From Eubacteriales bacterium (GTDB lineage Bacteria > Bacillota > Clostridia > Christensenellales > Aristaeellaceae): a stretch of 62,071 bases of DNA. Within the stretch, counting starts at the first letter, position 1. Every line of letters starts with the position of its first letter. The notes beneath the pieces were generated by a model, which was not told where the DNA came from, did not search any database, and worked only from the letters and a program-made list of their open reading frames with translations. Positions 27,158 through 35,941 of the stretch are shown here, one piece after another. The position numbers and the translations under genes are program-made. The DNA lies in contig JAUNLY010000001.1 in NCBI GenBank assembly GCA_030532025.1, positions 1 to 62,071 on the forward strand, read 5' to 3'.

Positions 27158-27448
27158 ATGACGTTTGAATTGTATAGTATGCCGCCTAAACAAGGCTTGT
27201 ATTATGCCGTTTTTGTAAATCCTATGCGTGAAAATGAGGAGAAAATATTTAATTCGGCTATATCTAAGCTGAAAAACTTTCCTGGAATAACGCTGACAAA
27301 AATACAAACAGCGCCATATGCCGATTATGTAGAAGGGAAATGCCCCGAAGGAGATTTCTATATATTTCTTGACATGGATAACGGTGCCGATATTAGAGCG
27401 AAATCTGAAAAGGCGCTCAACTATGTGTCAAACATATTATCCAGATAA
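27158..27448 (+). CDS. Hypothetical 96-aa protein
   Basis: ORF with a weak RBS and no recognisable motif. A terminator lies about 90 nt downstream. Confidence 0.4.
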   Translation: MTFELYSMPPKQGLYYAVFVNPMRENEEKIFNSAISKLKNFPGITLTKIQTAPYADYVEGKCPEGDFYIFLDMDNGADIRAKSEKALNYVSNILSR

Positions 27449-27534
27449 TTTTAAAAACAAAGTGCTATAAAATACGCAAAGCTTTGTGTGTAATGTTTTT
27501 GATTCTTTTAATTAAAACAAGCACAATACCAACA

Positions 27535-27578
27535 AGGCACCTTAGGTCGGCAGCTTGCCACCCGAGGTGCTTTTGTTT
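27535..27578 (+). terminator. Intrinsic terminator
   Basis: Extended stem GCACCT..GGT.GGCA/TGCC.ACC..AGGTGC, followed by TTTTGTTT. Confidence 0.65.
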
Positions 27579-27611
27579 ATAATAAACTAAGTTCGATAAA
27601 AGGAGCGTATT

Positions 27612-28316
27612 ATGCAGACACCAACATTACATAACGAAGCGAAAAAGGGCGATTTTGCAAGAACGGTGCTTATGCCGGGGGACCCCCTGCGCGCCAAATT
27701 CATTGCGGAAACTTATCTTAAAGGTGCAAAGCTTGTAAACAACGTGCGCGGCATACACGGTTATACGGGCGAATACAATGGCAAACAAGTGTCGGTCATG
27801 GGCAGTGGCATGGGAATCCCCTCCATAGGCATATATAGCTACGAGCTGTTTAACGCATACGGAGTCGAGCAGATTATACGCATAGGTTCCGCCGGTATGA
27901 TAAGCCCGAATCTCAAAGTGAGAGACCTTGTTATAGGCATGAGCGCATACAGCAATTCAAGCTACGGCAATCAATTCGGCTTTGACGGTAACCTTGCCCC
28001 TTGTGCGGACTATGGTTTACTAAGCTCTGCTGTAACAGAGGCGCAAAAAATAGGCATACACACAATGGTAGGCTCCGTTTTTTCGACGGATTGCTTTTAT
28101 AACGCCCAAAACCCGTTGCCCACATTACAAAAGCTTGGTGTTTTGGCTGTAGAAATGGAGGCCTATGCGCTTTACTTAAATGCGGCTTACGCGGGCAAAA
28201 AGGCGCTGTGTATGTGCCAGATATCCGATAACCCGTTTACGGGCGAATCGCTAAGCCCTGCAGAGGTGCGTGAAACATTCACCCAGATGATGGAAATCGC
28301 TCTTAATATTGCATGA
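27612..28316 (+). CDS. deoD: Purine-nucleoside phosphorylase, DeoD type
   Basis: 'GDFARTVLMPGDPLRAKFIAETYL' and 'VSVMGSGMGIPS' closely match the hexameric DeoD pattern. Confidence 0.95.
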   Translation: MQTPTLHNEAKKGDFARTVLMPGDPLRAKFIAETYLKGAKLVNNVRGIHGYTGEYNGKQVSVMGSGMGIPSIGIYSYELFNAYGVEQIIRIGSAGMISPNLKVRDLVIGMSAYSNSSYGNQFGFDGNLAPCADYGLLSSAVTEAQKIGIHTMVGSVFSTDCFYNAQNPLPTLQKLGVLAVEMEAYALYLNAAYAGKKALCMCQISDNPFTGESLSPAEVRETFTQMMEIALNIA

Positions 28317-28747
28317 ATATAATAGTAAGCGCATGCCTTTTAGGCCTATGCACACGCTATGACGGGAGCCATAATTTAAGCGCCCCTGTGCTTGAACTTT
28401 CAAAAAAGCACAATCTTATACCCGTGTGTCCTGAGCAATTGGGCGGGCTTCCAACACCAAGGTTGCCTTCTGAAATATTGGGTGACGATGTGATAAATAA
28501 AGAGGGGCAGATTGTAAACCCGCAGTTTAAAAAAGGTGCAGATATAGCTTTTAAGATAGCTAAAATATGTGATTGCGATATCGCCATACTAAAACAGCGC
28601 AGCCCGTCCTGCGGCTTTGGGGAAATTTATGACGGGAGCTTTAGCGGCACAAAGGTAAAAGGCGACGGAGTATTTGCAAAATTACTTAAAAATGCAGGTT
28701 TTGCGGTTTACACGGAAGAAGACATTAAAGAAATTCAAAATTTATAA
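28313..28747 (+). CDS. DUF523 protein (TudS-like thiouracil desulfurase family)
   Basis: 'VSACLLGLCTRYDG' and 'CPEQLGGLPTPR...SPSCG' Cys motifs of DUF523. ATGA overlap with deoD. Confidence 0.8.
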   Translation: MNIIVSACLLGLCTRYDGSHNLSAPVLELSKKHNLIPVCPEQLGGLPTPRLPSEILGDDVINKEGQIVNPQFKKGADIAFKIAKICDCDIAILKQRSPSCGFGEIYDGSFSGTKVKGDGVFAKLLKNAGFAVYTEEDIKEIQNL

Positions 28748-28762
28748 AATCAGGAGAAACAT

Positions 28763-29062
28763 ATGCAGGATAAAGATATACAGGACAATTTAAACCTTGA
28801 CGAAGAGGATTTTATCGAAGCCACAGACGAAGACGGCAGAGAGCTTGTGCTTAAAACAGAGCGTTATTTTTACTATAACGGCGAAGAATATGTATTGCTC
28901 TCAAACCATGAAGACGAAAAAGAAAAATTTGTAATGCTGGTAAAAGAATACGAGGAAGATGGCGAGCTGTTTGAAAGCTTTGAGCCTATAGACGAAAAGC
29001 TTACGGAATCCATTTTACAGGGCATATTAAACCCTAAAACAGAGGAATATCTCGATAAGTAA
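28763..29062 (+). CDS. DUF1292-family small acidic protein
   Basis: 99 aa. 'ATDEDGRELVLKTERYFYYNGEEYVLL' is the typical DUF1292 pattern. Confidence 0.7.
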   Translation: MQDKDIQDNLNLDEEDFIEATDEDGRELVLKTERYFYYNGEEYVLLSNHEDEKEKFVMLVKEYEEDGELFESFEPIDEKLTESILQGILNPKTEEYLDK

Positions 29063-29066
29063 AGCT

Positions 29067-30878
29067 ATGAACGAGCAGCTTGAGCTAAAAATAAACACGC
29101 TTCCGGATACACCCGGCTGCTACCTTATGAAGCAAAACGGTAATATTATATATGTAGGTAAAGCTTTAAACCTTAAAAACCGTGTGCGATCATATTTCCA
29201 AAAAGGGGATCACAGCCCAAAGGTTGCTGCCATGGTGCCAAAGATAGACGACTTTGACATTATGCTATGTTCCTCCGAATTGGAAGCGCTTATGCTCGAG
29301 TGTAACCTTATAAAGGAACACAGGCCTTATTACAATGTGTTGCTCAAGGACGACAAACATTACCCATATCTGCGCATAAATATGCAGGAGGATTTTCCCC
29401 GCGTTACGGTTGTAAGGCGCGTAAAAAAGGACGGCGCCATGTATTTTGGCCCATACCTGTCAACCTATGGTGTAAGGCGTATATTTACCCTTCTTGGCAA
29501 AATATTCCCTTTGCGTACATGTAACCACAAGCTTCCCCTTAAAAACCCAATAAGGCCATGTTTAAAGTACGAAATAGGCCAATGCCCGGCTCCCTGTGCC
29601 AATAAATGCAGCTCAGAGGAATATAAAAAAATAGCTTGGGAAGTAGTGTCTTTCCTTCAAGGGAAATATAAACCAGTAAAACAAAAGCTAAAAGAAGGCA
29701 TGCAGGAAGCCGCTTTAAATATGCAGTACGAAAGGGCAGCAGAGTTCCGTGACGCCATGGAGGAAGTGGACAAGCTCATGGAACAGCAGAATGTTTCAAA
29801 TGTTTTGGGTAACGAGCAGGATATAATAGCGCTCTACCAAGACGGGCTTGATGCATATGTTCAGGTTCTTTTCATACGCCAAGGCAGAATGACGGGCGGG
29901 GATAGCTTTCTTTTAGAGAGAGAAGGCAGCGAAAAAAAATCGGAAGTTTTGCGCGCCTTTTTATTGCAGTTTTACCAAAAGCATAAGCCCGCAAGAGAAG
30001 TAATAGTTGAAGAACTGGACGATACGGAGGTTTTAAATCAATGGCTTAGAACCCGCCGTGATGGTGCTGTAAAACTCACTGTTCCAAAAAGGGGTACAAG
30101 GCTAAGGCTTGTTGAAATGGCTGTGCGTAACGCTAAAGACTCGCTCGAAAAGCATGCCCTTAAGTCGCAGGTTAAGTACGAGAGGACGATAGGTGCGGGA
30201 GAAGAGCTTGCCAAAGCTTTAAATATAGGCTTAACACTCAGACGCATAGAAGGCTTTGACATAAGCCATTCGCAGGGCAAACAGAGCGTTGCGAGCATGG
30301 TTGTATTTATAAACGGCGAGGCGGACAGAAAGGAATACCGTAGGTTTAACATTAACAGGCAAGACGCTAAGGACGACCTTGTCTCCATGGCGGAAGCGAT
30401 AAATAGGCGCTTTGCACATTCTTTCCCAAAGGACGGAAGCACAGCTTGGCCTTTGCCGGATATTGTGCTTATAGACGGCGGCCCCGAGCAACTAAAGGTT
30501 GCCATAAAAGCCATGCGGGAAGCCGGTGGAGATGTGCCTATGTTTGCACTTTCTGAAAAACAGGAAGAAATTTGGTTACCGGATAAGGCTTTGCCCGTTA
30601 TATTAGATAGAAGAAGTCCGGCGCTCCACTTAGTACAGCGTATACGAGACGAAGCGCACCGCTTTGCCATAACAAGCCACAGGCAGGCAAGGGGCAAAAA
30701 GGCGCTCCACAGCAGGCTGGAGGATATAAAGGGCATTGGCCCGAACAGACGGCGTGCGCTGCTTGCTAAATTTCGCAGCATAGAGGGCATCAAAAACGCC
30801 AGCTTGGAGGAAATAATGCAAGTTGACGGCATGAGTCGCCCCGCTGCGGAAGCGCTTTACAAAGCATTTCACGGCTGA
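29067..30878 (+). CDS. uvrC: Excinuclease ABC subunit C
   Basis: GIY-YIG 'GCYLMKQNGNIIYVGKALNLKNRVRSYF', a UVR domain, an RNase H-like domain and a C-terminal (HhH)2 domain. Confidence 0.96.
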   Translation: MNEQLELKINTLPDTPGCYLMKQNGNIIYVGKALNLKNRVRSYFQKGDHSPKVAAMVPKIDDFDIMLCSSELEALMLECNLIKEHRPYYNVLLKDDKHYPYLRINMQEDFPRVTVVRRVKKDGAMYFGPYLSTYGVRRIFTLLGKIFPLRTCNHKLPLKNPIRPCLKYEIGQCPAPCANKCSSEEYKKIAWEVVSFLQGKYKPVKQKLKEGMQEAALNMQYERAAEFRDAMEEVDKLMEQQNVSNVLGNEQDIIALYQDGLDAYVQVLFIRQGRMTGGDSFLLEREGSEKKSEVLRAFLLQFYQKHKPAREVIVEELDDTEVLNQWLRTRRDGAVKLTVPKRGTRLRLVEMAVRNAKDSLEKHALKSQVKYERTIGAGEELAKALNIGLTLRRIEGFDISHSQGKQSVASMVVFINGEADRKEYRRFNINRQDAKDDLVSMAEAINRRFAHSFPKDGSTAWPLPDIVLIDGGPEQLKVAIKAMREAGGDVPMFALSEKQEEIWLPDKALPVILDRRSPALHLVQRIRDEAHRFAITSHRQARGKKALHSRLEDIKGIGPNRRRALLAKFRSIEGIKNASLEEIMQVDGMSRPAAEALYKAFHG

Positions 30879-30928
30879 TGCAAGGAAATATGCTGTTGCT
30901 TCGTTATATATACTGAAAGGAGTTTGTC

Positions 30929-32287
30929 GTGAAGAAAAGCTTTTTAATTTTTATAGTATTGCTCTTTGTTTTTAGCGGCACATTGGCAGAAAACATAGAC
31001 ATACGCTTTACAGAGCTAACTAAGCTTGATTTATCCATGCAGGCAGAGCTTGTAAAGTACGGTGCTTTTCACGGCGAAACCCTTAAAGCCTTAAAGCAGT
31101 GGGTGGATTTTGCCCGCGCAGATATACATATTAAAGACGACGCTGCCTTGGCTGAACTTTACTATAAGGATAGCCCGCTTATGTATTTCTATAAAGACGA
31201 AAACGGCTTCCAACTGGACGATATGCACTATTACCAGGGGACGGATTCGGACTTTTACGGCTTAATTAAAGCAAGAGACCCATTAAACAAATACCGCAAT
31301 GTAAAGGCCGTGTTTTTAGCAGCCCCTATAGGTTTTGAAAATCTGTGCCTTAATATGGCGGATATGGCTGAAACAAAAAAGGGCGGCACGACTATTAAAA
31401 AGCTTGTAAAGCCCGCTGAAACGCAGACGTTTATATTGGACGGAGCCGTTTTGCAAAGCTATTGGCAAAGTGCAGTGGAGAGCTTTAAAACAGCACTTAA
31501 AAAAAACTCCCCTGACGAAATGTTTATAAATAAGGCTATAAATAAATTAAAGCTCATAAGCTTTGAGGGTAAATGCACAGTAAGGCAATTTATTTCGGAT
31601 AACGGCAAACCGTTTGCGTGGCGTTTTAACGGTTACACTTTATTGGACGGTGTAGACAAGCGCAAGACCTCTTTAACTTTCGGAAAAACACAGGAAGGCT
31701 TTTATATAAAGCTCGATATGCCGGCAGAAAAAGGCAAAAACAAAATAAATATTAACGCAGCGGGAAGCTTTAAAAACGACAAGCTTTTGTCGGACGGTAA
31801 TTTCATATTCCGTGACGAAAACATAAACACGAGTGGCAAATTTGATATATCCCTTAATATATTAAATGGCTTAAAGGGAAAAATAGATTACAGAATAAAG
31901 CGCAAGGACGATAAAGAAAAGCGATACCTTATAAACCCTGCTTTAAAGTTAGATGAAAGAAACATTTCCGGCAAAATTAAGTATAAATACACATTAGGCG
32001 AGAGGGAGACATCCTTAAATTTTATTGCCAAAAGTATTGAGCCTAAAACGTTTACAAAGTCAAAAAGCGTTGTAAAAATGTCAGAGCTTAGCGAAAGCGC
32101 CTTGCTCTTTGAAAGACAGCGCTTATCAGGCGTTTTATCAAGGCCCTTAGCACAGCTTTTAAGCGATGTACAAAAGGAACAAAGACCGCTTGTGCTGCAC
32201 GAGATAACAAGGCTTTTTAGGCTTAACGACGAAAACCTTAAACCGCTAAATCTACCCCAATATACAGTAATACAGGAGGAACCATGA
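30929..32287 (+). CDS. Secreted protein of unknown function (triad member 1)
   Basis: GTG start with an AAGGAG RBS. Sec signal 'FLIFIVLLFVFSGTLA/EN'. Lys-rich and beta-rich. No known motif recognised. Confidence 0.7.
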   Translation: MKKSFLIFIVLLFVFSGTLAENIDIRFTELTKLDLSMQAELVKYGAFHGETLKALKQWVDFARADIHIKDDAALAELYYKDSPLMYFYKDENGFQLDDMHYYQGTDSDFYGLIKARDPLNKYRNVKAVFLAAPIGFENLCLNMADMAETKKGGTTIKKLVKPAETQTFILDGAVLQSYWQSAVESFKTALKKNSPDEMFINKAINKLKLISFEGKCTVRQFISDNGKPFAWRFNGYTLLDGVDKRKTSLTFGKTQEGFYIKLDMPAEKGKNKININAAGSFKNDKLLSDGNFIFRDENINTSGKFDISLNILNGLKGKIDYRIKRKDDKEKRYLINPALKLDERNISGKIKYKYTLGERETSLNFIAKSIEPKTFTKSKSVVKMSELSESALLFERQRLSGVLSRPLAQLLSDVQKEQRPLVLHEITRLFRLNDENLKPLNLPQYTVIQEEP

Positions 32288-33780
32288 TGAAAAAATTACT
32301 TACACTTCTGCTTGTGCTATGCATGCTAATACCTACGGCATTTGTAGGCGCAACGGAACTTAAACAGGAGGATATGCTCGACTGGAAGCTCTCAAAGCAG
32401 ATTAGCAACGGCTCTGGGCTTCAACTTAAGCTGATTTTCGGCGAAGAAAGCATTTTGCCGGATACAGAACTGCCCGAAAACATTGAGGGGCTGCTTTCCG
32501 TGCTCACCCGTGGCACAAGCCTACAGCTAAACTACTTAACGGCGGCTTTTGGGGCGCAAAAGGGCAGGCAGGAAATAAGGCTCAATCTTTCAAAGGACGA
32601 TAAAACGCTTACACACATAAACTACCGCTCGGACGGCACTTTAGAAGCGCTGTCATCGCCCCTTCTTGGGAAAGATACCTATCTTTCTGCGCAAGGGGAG
32701 AGTGCTGCAATTCTTCTTGGCAAGGACGCCCAAAACACATGGCCCGATATAACAAGGCTTATGGTTAGCGTATATACATCAGACAACGAGTGGAAGACTG
32801 TGCTTAACAATATGCTGCTGCCCTACCAAAACGATATAGCGAACCTTATACAGCAAAACACCCAGATAAGCACAGAAACAAATGAAGATGGCTCTGTAAA
32901 CACCGTAACTCAGCTTACAATACCCGCTGTTAACATTAAAGGCAGCATGGCAGAGCAGCTAAGGCGTTTTTATCAGGACGAGCAGCTTTTAACGCACTTA
33001 AAGCAAAAGGCTACAATAAGAGAGCAGAATGCCTTTTTAAACCCTCTTATGCTGGAGCCCATTTTGCAGGCGGTAAATGCTTTGGAACTTGAAGGCGATG
33101 TTAGTGTTAAACGCAGCTTTTCAAAGGACGGCACACTTGTTTACGATAGCGTTGTGTTACCCATGGGTGGTGCAAAGGGCTTAAAGCAAATAAGCTACCT
33201 ATATAATGCGTTAGACAAAGAGGGCAACACCGCAATCACTCTTGACTACATAGGCGGGGCCTATAAAGCATTTTCTTATAAGGATTTAAAAACAGACGCC
33301 AATTCAGGCAGTTTGACAGGCGTTTTAAAACAAAAATCCGATGAAAATGCTATAGAAACGCAGACCGACATAAAGGTGGATTACTTAAGGAATAACCCCG
33401 TATACGATGCGCAGATTGATAAATACAGCCAGGATTATTCTGCAAACATAATGATTCATGAAAAAGACAAAAAAGCTAATATAATAGAGCTTAATGTTAA
33501 GCTCGTTTCTGGCGCAAACCCACGTTCTGCGACCAATATTACGGGCGATATATCATGGGCAAAAGAAGGGCAAGAAGGCAAGCTAACAGCCGCAATAGAA
33601 GGTGCCTCCACACCGCCTTGGTCCATAGCTGCAATAGAGGAGGGTGAATACCTGCGCACGGAAGAGCTTAGCGAAGAGCAACTTAAAAAACTTGCGGAAT
33701 CTATACAGCTTAATTTAGCAGCTTTAGTAGCGGGGCTGAGCCTTATAAATATGTCTACGGCTGCACCTGCAAACAATTAA
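32284..33780 (+). CDS. Secreted protein of unknown function (triad member 2)
   Basis: ATGA overlap with member 1. Signal peptide 'LLTLLLVLCMLIPTAFVGA/TE'. Confidence 0.7.
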   Translation: MMKKLLTLLLVLCMLIPTAFVGATELKQEDMLDWKLSKQISNGSGLQLKLIFGEESILPDTELPENIEGLLSVLTRGTSLQLNYLTAAFGAQKGRQEIRLNLSKDDKTLTHINYRSDGTLEALSSPLLGKDTYLSAQGESAAILLGKDAQNTWPDITRLMVSVYTSDNEWKTVLNNMLLPYQNDIANLIQQNTQISTETNEDGSVNTVTQLTIPAVNIKGSMAEQLRRFYQDEQLLTHLKQKATIREQNAFLNPLMLEPILQAVNALELEGDVSVKRSFSKDGTLVYDSVVLPMGGAKGLKQISYLYNALDKEGNTAITLDYIGGAYKAFSYKDLKTDANSGSLTGVLKQKSDENAIETQTDIKVDYLRNNPVYDAQIDKYSQDYSANIMIHEKDKKANIIELNVKLVSGANPRSATNITGDISWAKEGQEGKLTAAIEGASTPPWSIAAIEEGEYLRTEELSEEQLKKLAESIQLNLAALVAGLSLINMSTAAPANN

Positions 33781-33845
33781 AAAAATTTTAAATCAATAAT
33801 TTACAAAAAATTAATCTGTTTCTTATGGCGTTTTAATACATGAGA

Positions 33846-33854
33846 TGCTATAAT
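33846..33854 (+). promoter_or_regulatory. Possible extended -10 promoter for triad member 3
   Basis: aTGcTATAAT, 33 nt upstream of the ATG at 33887. The -35 is poor. Confidence 0.4.
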
Positions 33855-33886
33855 GCAAGCGTAATATAAAAAGGAGGAAACAATAT

Positions 33887-35410
33887 ATGCAATCCAAACG
33901 ACTGACAGCAATTATAATAAGTATAGTTATGTTGCTGCCCATTTTAGCTTTCGCACAGGAGCCCGCCATGGTAAGCCGTGCGGCACAGCTTCTTGAAAGC
34001 GGCAAGACAATAGAAAGCACAGTAAGCTTTGAAATTGACAAGAATGTCTTAGGCATGCTTATGTCCGGTATGGCATCTCCCGAAGAGAGCGAAGAAGAAC
34101 TAGCTAAACAGGAAGCACAAAACAATATGGTGCTTGACATAATTTCAAAGCTGCGTATTGACGGAGTTAAAACCAAAGACAGCTTTTCCGTTACCGTAGG
34201 CTCTGAGAAAGCCCCATTGTTTGATATCGCGGGCGATGTTTCTTTAGAAAAAGAGGAAGTAAATGTATCTACCGGCCTGATTCCTGGCTATGTGTTTAGC
34301 ATTGCGCTTCCGGAAGGCACATTGGTAAAACCGTCCGATACAGAAGCTATGAAAAAGCTTTATGAAGAATCGGCTAAGGCGCTTGTAGAAGCCCTTAAAG
34401 GCTATGCAGATAACGTTATAAAGCCCGCTTTTGAAGAAAACAAAGGCAACTTCGTCGTAGAAGGAAGGGAATTCGACCTGAGCTATGCAGGTATGTTCGA
34501 TACCCATATGGCGGCAATGCTCATGCAGATGGCGTCTGAATTTATTTCCTCAAATGAAGAATTTAAAAATGTTATAGATATGAGCCTTGCAAACCAGGCA
34601 AAAACTATGGAAAAAATGGAAAATATGACTGGCGCAGAAGACCCGGAAGCTGCAATGGGCATAGACCTTGAAGAGAAAGCACCCAAGAACGCGGACGAAC
34701 TTATCAAAAAGATAAACGATACAGCCAAAGGTCTCTTGGAAAACGAAAAAGAAGACCTCGCAAGTTTAAGCGTATACGAAAACAGCGCCAACAAAGATTT
34801 ATTGATGGAAATAACCAAGATTGACAACAGCACCCGTGTAATCACATATGTTGAAGGCGAAGGCAAAGTTTTGGATATTAAAGCGCTTGTAAACGAAAAC
34901 GAAGCGGAAGAAACTGCTGCGGTAGATTGGAAAAAACTTGAAGAAGACATCAAGAATGGCGAGGATTATGCATCTTATATGCTCCAGGTAGTTGCAAAAG
35001 ACACAAGCGACGATAAAAATATGATGGCTGATCTTAGCTTAAACGTATTACATCCCTTTATACCCGTATCGCTTAATTTGACAATATCAGAAAGCAAAGA
35101 AGGCGAGTATAAGGCAGACGCAAAGCTTGCGATAGCCGTTTTAAGCCCTGAACCCGTAATTACAGTAAATGTAAGCGCAAAAGAGTCCGACAAGGCAGTA
35201 TCACCCGTTGCCGAAGGCGAAAAAATAGTCATTAGCGAAGAAAGCAACGAAGAGGAACTTAGCGAAAAGATAGAAGCGCTGTTTACGCAAAATGCATTGC
35301 CCCTTTTACTTCAAAACCTGCCAAATGCTTTCCCTGAAGAAGCCGAAGTACTTATGTCCAGTATGAATTCTGCGGCTCTTGAAGATGAAGGAGTAACACA
35401 GGCTGATTAA
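33887..35410 (+). CDS. Secreted, highly acidic protein of unknown function (triad member 3)
   Basis: AAGGAGG RBS. Signal 'IIISIVMLLPILAFA/QE'. Rich in E, D and K. Confidence 0.7.
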   Translation: MQSKRLTAIIISIVMLLPILAFAQEPAMVSRAAQLLESGKTIESTVSFEIDKNVLGMLMSGMASPEESEEELAKQEAQNNMVLDIISKLRIDGVKTKDSFSVTVGSEKAPLFDIAGDVSLEKEEVNVSTGLIPGYVFSIALPEGTLVKPSDTEAMKKLYEESAKALVEALKGYADNVIKPAFEENKGNFVVEGREFDLSYAGMFDTHMAAMLMQMASEFISSNEEFKNVIDMSLANQAKTMEKMENMTGAEDPEAAMGIDLEEKAPKNADELIKKINDTAKGLLENEKEDLASLSVYENSANKDLLMEITKIDNSTRVITYVEGEGKVLDIKALVNENEAEETAAVDWKKLEEDIKNGEDYASYMLQVVAKDTSDDKNMMADLSLNVLHPFIPVSLNLTISESKEGEYKADAKLAIAVLSPEPVITVNVSAKESDKAVSPVAEGEKIVISEESNEEELSEKIEALFTQNALPLLLQNLPNAFPEEAEVLMSSMNSAALEDEGVTQAD

Positions 35411-35439
35411 TAGCTTTACAAAAGCATAAAGCATACGGT

Positions 35440-35468
35440 TTGACAACGAAAAACCATAATGCTATACT
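35440..35468 (+). promoter_or_regulatory. Near-consensus sigma-A promoter of the micro-lipoprotein gene
   Basis: TTGACA(35440-45), a 17-nt spacer, TATACT(35463-68). Confidence 0.6.
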
Positions 35469-35516
35469 TACAACTCGCCGTGTTTTCGGCGAAATAAAAA
35501 AAGAGAGGTGTATAAA

Positions 35517-35663
35517 ATGATTAAGAAAATTGGTGTAGTCTTGTTAATAGTTGCAATGGCATTCGGCGCAACAGCATGCAAAAAAGAGGAGCCCAAGGCA
35601 ACTGAAGCTCCTGTGGTGACCGAAGCTCCGGCAGAAACCACCGAAGCAGCCCCCGCAAACTAA
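35517..35663 (+). CDS. 48-aa putative lipoprotein (below the ORF-track size cut-off)
   Basis: MIKKIGVVLLIVAMAFGATAC|KKEEPKATEAPVVTEAPAETTEAAPAN. It has a signal peptide with a lipobox-like ATAC, RBS GAGAGGTG, its own promoter and its own terminator. Confidence 0.6.
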   Translation: MIKKIGVVLLIVAMAFGATACKKEEPKATEAPVVTEAPAETTEAAPAN

Positions 35664-35680
35664 TAACACTCTAAGCAAAG

Positions 35681-35706
35681 CACCGCCTACTTGGGCGGTG
35701 TTTTGA
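35681..35706 (+). terminator. Intrinsic terminator of the micro-lipoprotein gene
   Basis: CACCGCC(35681-87), a 6-nt loop, GGCGGTG(35694-700), followed by TTTTGATGTTT. Confidence 0.75.
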
Positions 35707-35941
35707 TGTTTAGAATAACTATTTTAAAGCGATTAATTTTTGATATATATGATATTTATCTCTAGAACATTCTGAATGTGTATTTTTTTTATTAGAGTAG
35801 ATGTTTTAACGATATGCGTTTATGTGTAATAGACATGCGGTGCATCTAAAGACGGTATATATCTAATTTTGTTGCTATGTGTTTAGGTTTAAGACATAAT
35901 GTGTCTAAAGACCGCCAGCATCTAATATGGCTTTGATGCTT

